From the NCBI GenBank assembly GCA_024403615.1, contig JAKSRM010000008.1:273-64272 (forward strand): a DNA stretch of 64,000 nucleotides, written 5' to 3'. The position numbers and the translations under genes were made by a program. The notes beneath the pieces are model-generated. The model was not told where the DNA came from. It saw nothing but the letters and a program-made list of their open reading frames with translations, and searched no databases. Positions 9,506 through 17,161 of the stretch are shown piece by piece. Source of the DNA: Lachnospiraceae bacterium. Lineage in GTDB: Bacteria; Bacillota; Clostridia; Lachnospirales; Lachnospiraceae. Each line of letters opens with the position of its first letter. Positions within the stretch are counted from its first letter, which is position 1.

Positions 9506-9631
9506 ATGAATAAATACTTATCATATCCGGAAGGCTATAATAAACTGGTTCACGATATGTTACCGTTTTATTTAAGACCGGCCAAAAAAATGCTGATGCG
9601 GCTTTTACTGGTTATTTTACGAGATGGTTGA
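9506..9631 (+). CDS. Small ORF (41 aa), unannotated in the ORF track
   Basis: ATG at 9506 is preceded by AGGAG. It translates to MNKYLSYPEGYNKLVHDMLPFYLRPAKKMLMRLLLVILRDG. Its stop is 13 nt before the next gene's ATG, which has its own AGGAG. Confidence 0.35.
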   Translation: MNKYLSYPEGYNKLVHDMLPFYLRPAKKMLMRLLLVILRDG

Positions 9632-9644
9632 TTAGGAGAAAGAC

Positions 9645-10118
9645 ATGGAAGGATTTACTGTTGGATTAGCATTACTCGACTTTGTACCGGTAATTGCTTT
9701 CGGACTTGCAATGCTGTTTTTAGCATTAAAATTTAAAAGTGCATTGTTTATCATCGGCGCAATACTTGTTTTATTAGGTGGCGTGTTCAAAGCTTCCTGG
9801 AAACTGATTTTAGGAACCAGCAAAAAAGATGTGAAATGGATGAACAAAATGATGTGGCCTTGCATGGGCGTAGGTTTTGTTCTAATGATTGTTGGTGTAA
9901 TTGTAGGCCTGAAGAACATTAATTGGGCTGCAGTTGGAAGTGCCATTGTTAGCTTCCCGGCAATTATTTTCTTTATCATCTGGATTGTGGTTTTAGTTTT
10001 AATGACGGTATTTAAAAAGACAAAATTCCGTAAAGACAATGCAAAGGATAACTGGATTGCAGAAATCATGAACTCCATTGGAATGATCAGTCTCATGATT
10101 GCAATATTGGTTGCCTGA
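9645..10118 (+). CDS. Small integral membrane protein (about 5 TM), unknown function
   Basis: 157 aa, strongly hydrophobic with several predicted helices. I recognise no family. Confidence 0.6.
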   Translation: MEGFTVGLALLDFVPVIAFGLAMLFLALKFKSALFIIGAILVLLGGVFKASWKLILGTSKKDVKWMNKMMWPCMGVGFVLMIVGVIVGLKNINWAAVGSAIVSFPAIIFFIIWIVVLVLMTVFKKTKFRKDNAKDNWIAEIMNSIGMISLMIAILVA

Positions 10119-10140
10119 ATTCTTTAAAAAACAATATCCA

Positions 10141-10170
10141 AAAAGGCCTACGAAACGTAGGCCTTTTTAT
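10141..10170. terminator. Bidirectional rho-independent terminator
   Basis: aggcctacg-aaa-cgtaggcct perfect stem, flanked by aaaa upstream and tttttatt downstream. It sits between convergent genes. Confidence 0.75.
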
Positions 10171-10225
10171 TATGCGATGAAGGAATTTCATCGTGTTTTC
10201 TGAAATTAAGCTTTCGTAAAAACTT

Positions 10226-11257
10226 TTATTTCTGGTAGAAAGTTTCTGCACATTCTGCGATATATTTGTTTACCGTATCTCTCTTCCAGATAGCTTCTTG
10301 ATCGTTTGGATCTGGAATGATGAAAGTTACTAAGAATGCAAATCCGCCGCCTGGTGCATAGTTGTTTGCAACGTCCCAAACGATGTCATGAATCTGATCT
10401 TCTGTCAGGTCGCCCATGAAGGTCTGAGAAGAGTTGATGCAGCCGGTAAGAACCAGTTTGCTACCGAATTTCGCTTTGATTGCTGCTAAGTCGTTGCAGT
10501 TCTGAGCTGGGTTCCATCCGTTAACACCGATTTCATTTACCATATCGTCCATGAAGATTTCGCATTTTCCGCAATCATGGAAAGTAATAGGAATATTTCT
10601 TTCTTTTGCCAGAGAAGCCATTCTCTTGTAATGAGGCAAGAAGAATTCACGATACATATCCAGAGATACGAAAGGATTGCCCCATGCTGCATTATCATCG
10701 CCCATCTGCAGGATGTCTGGTTTGTAGTAATCGATGGTCTTTACTGCGATGTCATAATAAAAGTCACTTAAGTACTGAAGAAGTTCTTTACATTCTTCTG
10801 GCTCATCAAACAGAGCGCAAAGGCCTTCGGTAAATCCCATGAATGCCATCAGATCAAGGAAGAATCCGCTGTGGCAGCCATACTCTAATGCTGTCTCGTT
10901 GCGGTTGATTTTTGCCATTTCCAGATCTTTCTTTGCCATCATTTCCCAGTCAACACCGGAGAAATCTGGAGCTTTAATAACGTCTCTCCATTTTGTAACG
11001 TCGTCTAAAAGGAAGTCCCATGTTTTTGGAAGCATGCCGCCAGCTGCTTCTTTGCTGGTAACATATTCAACGCCCCAAATATCTTTGTGGTCGCCTTTTG
11101 GATCAAACTGTCCATTTAAAATAGACGGTGAAGCGCCTGCGCTTGGACGCATTCTTCCGCTATCGGAATTGTCTGCTAATACGATGTGTGGAATCCACTC
11201 TGGAACTTCGCCAGCCAGACATCTTAAATAGTTTTCTTTTTCTGTTAAACGTGCCAT
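10226..11257 (-). CDS. URO-D-family corrinoid methyltransferase, paralogue 6 of 6 (detached copy)
   Basis: 343 aa. Motifs LPKTWDFLLDDVTKW, MAFMGFTEGLCAL, DDNAAWGNPF, HDCGKCE and APGGGF. SD GGAGGTAGG lies upstream. Confidence 0.85.
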   Translation of the reverse strand: MARLTEKENYLRCLAGEVPEWIPHIVLADNSDSGRMRPSAGASPSILNGQFDPKGDHKDIWGVEYVTSKEAAGGMLPKTWDFLLDDVTKWRDVIKAPDFSGVDWEMMAKKDLEMAKINRNETALEYGCHSGFFLDLMAFMGFTEGLCALFDEPEECKELLQYLSDFYYDIAVKTIDYYKPDILQMGDDNAAWGNPFVSLDMYREFFLPHYKRMASLAKERNIPITFHDCGKCEIFMDDMVNEIGVNGWNPAQNCNDLAAIKAKFGSKLVLTGCINSSQTFMGDLTEDQIHDIVWDVANNYAPGGGFAFLVTFIIPDPNDQEAIWKRDTVNKYIAECAETFYQK

Positions 11258-11314
11258 ATACCTACCTCCTAAATTTATAACATGACTTGTTCTGCCATGA
11301 TGTTTCTTGGATAT

Positions 11315-11323
11315 ATTTTATCA
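11315..11323 (-). promoter_or_regulatory. Candidate extended -10 element (TGATAAAAT) for paralogue 6
   Basis: The same minus-strand atatgataaaat 12-mer as upstream of paralogue 5, about 58 nt upstream of the ATG at 11257. Confidence 0.3.
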
Positions 11324-11464
11324 TATCGGACGAAAGAATTCTAAAGAAATGCGCGATTTCTCACTTTCAGAGCACTATTTTGCGCTTTTTTCATCATTTA
11401 GGTCACTGAAAACGAATTTTCGCGCATGCAAGTACTCTCAAATCGCGTTTTCGCGCATTTTTGT

Positions 11465-13213
11465 TCATTCCGCCTCTACTGATATAAATGCAAATTGATT
11501 CACATCAAAAAGTCCCATATCCGTCAAGCGGATTTCCGGAATAACTGCCAGAGACATGAACGTCAGCGTCATCACCGGCTCGACGTCTTCGTTGATTCCT
11601 AATACTTCGTGCGCCGTTTTGTGAATTTGAGTCAATCTTTCATTTACCCATTCTCCACTCTGATCGCTCATCAAACCAGCGATTGGTAACGGCATGGACT
11701 CAATTACTTGTCCATCTTTCACCAGAACAGCGCCGCCTTCTTGCTTCTGCAACGCGTTAACTGCCGCTTCCATTTCTTCATCCGATACGCCTACAACAAT
11801 AATATTATGGGAGTCGTGAGCAATGGTAACTGCAATAGCGCCAGCCTGGATTCCATATCCATTCAGGAAACCGCAAGCCACATTTCCCGTCCCCTTATGG
11901 CGCTCCACTACGGCAAATTTTGCCACATCAATATCTGCTGTTTTTATAAATTCTCCAGCTTCGTCCAGTTTTACAGTTTCCACTTTCTTTTCCGTAACAA
12001 CGCCGCCAGGCAAAATTTTGACGGTATTTACCCGGTTGGATTTCAGATGCATTTTCAGCTTCTCTGCCGAGAAATCTTTCATCCTTACGCTGTTTTTCAC
12101 AACGTCGATTGGATACTTTTCGATTTCTGGAAGATAGGTTCCGTTTTCTGCAACCAGTTCTCCTGCGATAAATACTTTTCTGATTTCAAAATTCTTCAGG
12201 TCTTTTAAGAAAACCAAATCCGCCCGTTTTCCCGGAGCAATAGCGCCTCGATCTTTCAGTCCGAAGCATTCCGCTGCATTTACCGTCGCCATGCGAAGTG
12301 CCGTAATGGCATCCAATCCCTCTTCCACGCAGATTCTTAAATGATTGTCTAAATGGCCTTCGTTTAACATGGTCTTTGGCTGACGGTCATCGGAGCAAAG
12401 CACGAACCTTCCCGCGTTTTCTTTCGTCACCGCTTTCAGATTGTCCCGGAGATTATGGCAAGCAGAGCCTTCCCGGAGCATTACATACATTCCGCTGGCG
12501 ATTCGCTCATTAATTTCCTCTATGGTTGCGCATTCATGATCCGCTGCGATTCCGCAACTTGCATATGCGTTCAAGTCCATACCTGCAACTCCGGCAGCAT
12601 GGCCATCAATTACCTTTCCTGCCTTTTTCGCTGCAACCAGCTTATTGATTGCGGCTTCGTTATTTCCGATAACGCCGACGAAATCCATAAATTCGCCTAA
12701 GCCTAAAACAGCGTCGTTTTTCAAAGGCTCTTCCATCTGCTCCGCGTCAATGTTGGCGCCAGAAGTTTCAAAAGGTGTCGATGGTACACAAGACGGAAGC
12801 ATATATTGAATGTCCAGCTTTGTCCGTTTTCCTGCCTCCAGCATATAGTCCAATCCCCGAAGGCCGCATACATTGACGATTTCATGAGGGTCTGCGATGA
12901 TGGTGGTTCCACCATGAGGGACAACCATCCGGCCCAATTCTTCCGGTGAAACATAGGAAGATTCAATATGAATATGGCTGTCAATAAAGCCTGGAGCAAC
13001 GAAGGATCCCGCAGCGTCCATAACTGCCGCGTCCTTATTTACTGGTAAGGACCCATAAGCGCCAACACCAGCAATCTTTCCTTCTGTTATGGCAATATCG
13101 CCCTGTATTACATTTCCGCCGTATACGTTTACGACCTTTCCATTTTTTATAATTAAATCCGCAGCCTTTCTTCCTGCTGCCACATCAATGATTTTCATCA
13201 TTTGTTCTTTCAT
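11465..13213 (-). CDS. ade: Adenine deaminase
   Basis: 582 aa. Amidohydrolase metal motif 'FIDSHIHIESS', with length and N-terminal beta-barrel segment typical of Ade. Confidence 0.88.
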   Translation of the reverse strand: MKEQMMKIIDVAAGRKAADLIIKNGKVVNVYGGNVIQGDIAITEGKIAGVGAYGSLPVNKDAAVMDAAGSFVAPGFIDSHIHIESSYVSPEELGRMVVPHGGTTIIADPHEIVNVCGLRGLDYMLEAGKRTKLDIQYMLPSCVPSTPFETSGANIDAEQMEEPLKNDAVLGLGEFMDFVGVIGNNEAAINKLVAAKKAGKVIDGHAAGVAGMDLNAYASCGIAADHECATIEEINERIASGMYVMLREGSACHNLRDNLKAVTKENAGRFVLCSDDRQPKTMLNEGHLDNHLRICVEEGLDAITALRMATVNAAECFGLKDRGAIAPGKRADLVFLKDLKNFEIRKVFIAGELVAENGTYLPEIEKYPIDVVKNSVRMKDFSAEKLKMHLKSNRVNTVKILPGGVVTEKKVETVKLDEAGEFIKTADIDVAKFAVVERHKGTGNVACGFLNGYGIQAGAIAVTIAHDSHNIIVVGVSDEEMEAAVNALQKQEGGAVLVKDGQVIESMPLPIAGLMSDQSGEWVNERLTQIHKTAHEVLGINEDVEPVMTLTFMSLAVIPEIRLTDMGLFDVNQFAFISVEAE

Positions 13214-13234
13214 CCGTGTGCTCTCTTCCTTCGG

Positions 13235-14326
13235 TTATTTTTTCTTTATCAAATTTCCCAGACTATCCAAAGTCTTCATGATTTTATTTTTGCGTTTCAC
13301 GTTTTCCGCGGACTTTCCTTTAAATTCCCGGAACTGGGAAATAATGTCACGAGAATTTTTCCACAGATTTTTCTTCAAGTCTGAAATCGTTTTTACATCG
13401 TTTTCTTTTAAGTTCTCGTACAGCTTGTCCACGAACTCTTCCAATTCTTCCGGGCTCATGGTTTCAATAATGTTATTTAAATATCCACTAATCACCTTGC
13501 TGGAGAAGGTTTTTTCCTCTTTATAGATGAAATGTTTTCCCAGAACTTTCCAGGAAAACGGCTGATGCTGCATCAGCGAAACGCTGGAACTTTCAATGGT
13601 CAAATAAGGGAAGCTACCCATCAGCATTCCGATAATGGAAGATTCCGGAACGAAGGCCAGCAATTTTTGTTCAATGTTTTTATATTCTGCGCTCTCGCTC
13701 ATATCGTCGATAAAGCCAGGTCCGTCATGGTTAAACACATATTGGATTCTTTCCTGAATCCGCTCTGGACAATGAATGGCTGCCCATACCGCCAGATTTC
13801 CGCCTTTGGAATGGCCGCCTAAATAAATCTGCTTTTTCGGATATTTTGCAGCGATATTTTCCACATACTCTGTGGCTTCCAACTGGGCTGGAGTTCCATG
13901 AGTAAAGGACATATTTAAATTCTCTTTCCATCCTACTAAGGTATTATCCGTTCCACGAAAAGCGATAAACACGGAATTTTTCGGGAGAAGGAAGGTCATG
14001 GCGCTGAACTGTTTTTCCGTTTCTTCGGAATGGAGTTCCACGTAATTGATGACCTGAATCTTTTTAAAGCGATCATAATTGGAAATAATTTCTGCCAGTT
14101 TCAGCGCATCTTCCCGCATGATTTCCAAACCACAGAACTGGTCTTCTTTCGGTAAGGTTTTCGTTATTTCATAAGCCTCTTTCAGGCTCTGCTTTTTCCC
14201 TTTTGCGCGAGCGTAATTCACATAGGCAAGGCAACAGAAAATCAGCCCGTCGATTGCATTCAATCCGCTCTGCTCGAAGCTAATGTCTCCCCGCCACTCT
14301 AAATAATCGAAAATATTGCCTTCCAT
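13235..14326 (-). CDS. DUF2974 (Mbeg1-like) alpha/beta-hydrolase-fold protein
   Basis: 'FRGTDNTLVGWKEN' and nucleophile-elbow-like 'GHSKGGNLA' are characteristic of this family. Confidence 0.6.
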   Translation of the reverse strand: MEGNIFDYLEWRGDISFEQSGLNAIDGLIFCCLAYVNYARAKGKKQSLKEAYEITKTLPKEDQFCGLEIMREDALKLAEIISNYDRFKKIQVINYVELHSEETEKQFSAMTFLLPKNSVFIAFRGTDNTLVGWKENLNMSFTHGTPAQLEATEYVENIAAKYPKKQIYLGGHSKGGNLAVWAAIHCPERIQERIQYVFNHDGPGFIDDMSESAEYKNIEQKLLAFVPESSIIGMLMGSFPYLTIESSSVSLMQHQPFSWKVLGKHFIYKEEKTFSSKVISGYLNNIIETMSPEELEEFVDKLYENLKENDVKTISDLKKNLWKNSRDIISQFREFKGKSAENVKRKNKIMKTLDSLGNLIKKK

Positions 14327-14335
14327 GATTTTCCT

Positions 14336-15022
14336 TTATTCTCCCAGATATTCTTCCAGCGTAATCTGCTGGTCATAGATTTCCTGAGCCGCTTCCTTAC
14401 CAACATAGCGGATATGCCACGGTTCATAGTCGTAACCCGTAATGTCTTCTTTCCCTTTTGGATAACGTAAAATGAATCCGTACTTTGGAAGAGTTGCATG
14501 AATGACTTTAAAAATTTCGGTCTCTTTCAGCATGTCTTCATTTTCAATCACCCACTGGCCGTTTACTTTTGGAACCAGGTCAATTACCAATCCCGTATGA
14601 TGCTCGCTCGTTCCCGGCTGAGCAACCGTTCTTCGGGCATAGTCTTCGCCATAATCGGCAATGAACTGGTCCATGATTTCCTGCTGTTGTTCCACGCTCC
14701 GATAAGCAGAATCCACTCCAATTTCCACACCTTTTTCCTTCAGCGCTTCCGCCAGTTCTTCAAAAGCTTCTTTCGTCTGTTTTTCTACTTGGTAGGTTCC
14801 ACCGTCAACATTATCAATGTCGCAAAGCTGGATGGTATTGACATAATCTCCGGAAATCAGATTTTCTTTATTTACAAGCACAAGATAGTCGGTTCCTTTT
14901 TCTTCTAGTGATTCTATAGGCACTCCGGATTCTGTTTCTTTTTCCGATTCTGCTCCGCATGCCGCTAATCCAATTACTGCACATAGAGCCAGCATCACAC
15001 CGAAAACCATACTTTTTTTCAT
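14336..15022 (-). CDS. M15B (VanY-type) D-alanyl-D-alanine carboxypeptidase, lipoprotein
   Basis: Lipobox 'GLAACG'. Zn-peptidase motifs 'SEHHTGLVIDL' and 'EPWHIRYVG'. Confidence 0.8.
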   Translation of the reverse strand: MKKSMVFGVMLALCAVIGLAACGAESEKETESGVPIESLEEKGTDYLVLVNKENLISGDYVNTIQLCDIDNVDGGTYQVEKQTKEAFEELAEALKEKGVEIGVDSAYRSVEQQQEIMDQFIADYGEDYARRTVAQPGTSEHHTGLVIDLVPKVNGQWVIENEDMLKETEIFKVIHATLPKYGFILRYPKGKEDITGYDYEPWHIRYVGKEAAQEIYDQQITLEEYLGE

Positions 15023-15222
15023 TCGTCAATTTCCTTTCTGTTGTAATTTTATCATATTCCCGTCCGCAGATTATACATTTTTTCATATATCGCAAAACTT
15101 ATCGACCTTAAGAGCGTCGTAAAGCTTTCGACGGGTACTTTTGCAAAACTTATCGACAGTTCCCATAGGGTGTGCTACTATTCTTTTCAAATTTATGAAA
15201 TGATTGAGAAGTTTTAAATAAA

Positions 15223-15966
15223 ATGCTGAAATTTCTGATTATCTGCCCTATGGTTTTTTTGGCTGGATTTGTGGATGCCATTGCAGGGGGCGGCGGATTG
15301 ATTTCCCTCCCGGCTTACCTGTTTGCCGGCTTACCGGTTCATAACGCCATCGCCACCAACAAGCTCAGTTCCGCCATGGGCACGACGGTTACAACAATAA
15401 AATTTGCAAAAAACGGATACATCAAGCTCCGCCAGATTATTACTTGTGTAATCGCAGCAATGATTGGCTCCGCCATCGGCGCCAGAATTTCCCTGACCGT
15501 GGACGATTATTTGTTCAAGATCATCATGCTGGTTCTGCTGCCATTTATCGCTTTTTATGTACTCCGGAAAAAGACCTTTATCGACCGGGCGCCGTACTCG
15601 GAAACAAAGACCATTCTTTTAAGTACCGCCATCGCTTTCGTTTTAGGTGTATACGACGGATTCTATGGTCCAGGCACAGGAACCTTCCTGATTTTGCTTC
15701 TGACAGCCGTAGCTCATATGGAGTTAACGCGGGCCAACGGAACCGCCAAATCCATTAATTTGGCCACCAATTACGCCTCTTTGGCAGTTTATCTGATTAG
15801 TGGAAAGGTCATCGTCTTAACGGGCCTCATTGCAGGAGTTTTCAATATTGCCGGCAATTATTTGGGAGCAAGATTGTTCGAATCCAAGGGAGCCAAATTT
15901 GTAAAGCCGATTATGCTCATCGTCATTGCAATTTACATCGTGAAATTAATTACAGAAATATTCTAA
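15223..15966 (+). CDS. TauE/SafE family sulfite/anion exporter
   Basis: 247-aa polytopic membrane protein. The N-terminal 'AIAGGGGLISLP' motif and its internal repeat are typical of TauE/SafE. Confidence 0.75.
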   Translation: MLKFLIICPMVFLAGFVDAIAGGGGLISLPAYLFAGLPVHNAIATNKLSSAMGTTVTTIKFAKNGYIKLRQIITCVIAAMIGSAIGARISLTVDDYLFKIIMLVLLPFIAFYVLRKKTFIDRAPYSETKTILLSTAIAFVLGVYDGFYGPGTGTFLILLLTAVAHMELTRANGTAKSINLATNYASLAVYLISGKVIVLTGLIAGVFNIAGNYLGARLFESKGAKFVKPIMLIVIAIYIVKLITEIF

Positions 15967-16029
15967 ATGGAAGTCCTGCTATTCACGAGATGCAATTCCG
16001 AACATACAAAATCTATTTAACGACATACA

Positions 16030-16056
16030 AAAAGCGCCTCAGTTGAGGCGCTTTTC
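16030..16056. terminator. Bidirectional rho-independent terminator
   Basis: Stem agcgcctc / gaggcgct (16033-40 / 16045-52) with loop agtt, flanked by A- and T-runs. It sits between convergent genes. Confidence 0.7.
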
Positions 16057-16060
16057 TCAT

Positions 16061-17152
16061 TTACCATTCCATTTCTGCTAAAGCCGCGTTTTTATAAGCT
16101 GCGTCATCGGTTACTTCTTTTATTACTTTGATTTGATCTGGGAAAACGATTTCTTCGTTCTCATCATTCAACTCTATTTCCATAATTGCCTGATCATCCC
16201 AAAACGGATACACATCAATTTCGAAATATTGTCCTTCCCAAGTCAGGCAATAGCGGTTTTTGCGGATTTGATGCTTTGTCGTATCCGCTTCCATCAGCAA
16301 GGTCAGATATTCTTCCGCAGAAAGCCGTTCTTCTACTTCGATTCGCTTCACATCCGTTACTTTCCGCTTGGTTGTTTTATAATAAATATAATTTCCGTTC
16401 TGTCCTCTTTGGCGAATTCGAACTTCTTCGTTTTCGTCCGCTTTCAGATAAGTCTGGATAATTTCAATTTTCTTGCAGTTTGGAATATTCTCCAGCCAAT
16501 TTAAGTCTGGGTATTCAATCAGGAATTTCCGCTCGATTTCAAAAGGTTCTGGCTCGCCTAAAAAGGTTGATATTTCATCAATGAGAGCCATCATTTTTCC
16601 TTCAAAATCCGTATCGTTATCGATAACCCGAAGGTGTGGATGACCGGTCCATGCAGAAATAATTTTGTCATCCAAAGCTGCCGCTTCTTCCAAAGTTTCC
16701 GTACGAGCTGTATTATTCTCCGTTGTGTAGAATTCCTCTGCGCCCTTCGCCGCGGTCACCAAATGGAAAATCGCATCATAATGATCCCGAAGTCTTACTT
16801 CGTCCGTTTTGATAAACTCCAGAGCCGCCTGAAACTCCTCGTCATTCATATAGGCTTTATTGTCTAAAGCTCCTCGGTCACAGACAATCAGGACTTTTTC
16901 TGCTGGCATAGATTTTGCCGCCGCCTCGAAAACTTTTTCCTTTTCAATCTGCAGTTTCATCTGGCATTTCTGGTAATCGCCATTGGATCCGCAGGTCCAT
17001 GGAGCAACGCCGCCGGAAATTAATTCCGTGGCTGTCTCCGGAACAAAAAGCACCGTATATCCTAACTGGGTAAATGCGTTCTGTATCCAGCTCATAGCGG
17101 TGGATTTTCCGCCGCATGGGCCGCCCGTTATGACAATCTTATTTATTTTCAT
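16061..17152 (-). CDS. P-loop ATPase/kinase (AAA_28-like) fused to a CYTH (triphosphate tunnel metalloenzyme) domain
   Basis: N-terminal Walker A 'GGPCGGKST'. The C-terminal half starts with the CYTH ExExK signature 'EIERKFLI'. Confidence 0.7.
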   Translation of the reverse strand: MKINKIVITGGPCGGKSTAMSWIQNAFTQLGYTVLFVPETATELISGGVAPWTCGSNGDYQKCQMKLQIEKEKVFEAAAKSMPAEKVLIVCDRGALDNKAYMNDEEFQAALEFIKTDEVRLRDHYDAIFHLVTAAKGAEEFYTTENNTARTETLEEAAALDDKIISAWTGHPHLRVIDNDTDFEGKMMALIDEISTFLGEPEPFEIERKFLIEYPDLNWLENIPNCKKIEIIQTYLKADENEEVRIRQRGQNGNYIYYKTTKRKVTDVKRIEVEERLSAEEYLTLLMEADTTKHQIRKNRYCLTWEGQYFEIDVYPFWDDQAIMEIELNDENEEIVFPDQIKVIKEVTDDAAYKNAALAEMEW

Positions 17153-17161
17153 ACGTTCTTT

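Noticed and set aside
1838-11231. Long antisense ORFs inside the six methyltransferase paralogues (for example 1838-2032, 2950-3216, 4072-4380, 5098-5424 and 10839-11231), which share peptides such as 'ALITSCHFVMSSRMKSHVLGII'.
   Set aside because: They lie entirely within, and antisense to, well-supported CDSs. Their apparent conservation only mirrors the conservation of the sense-strand paralogues. They have no SD sequences and their composition is low-complexity.
3-11257. Pyrrolysine (in-frame TAG) or selenocysteine recoding in the methyltransferase genes.
   Set aside because: All eight ORFs are uninterrupted and of normal family length. They belong to the URO-D family, not the MttB/MtmB/MtbB families that use pyrrolysine.
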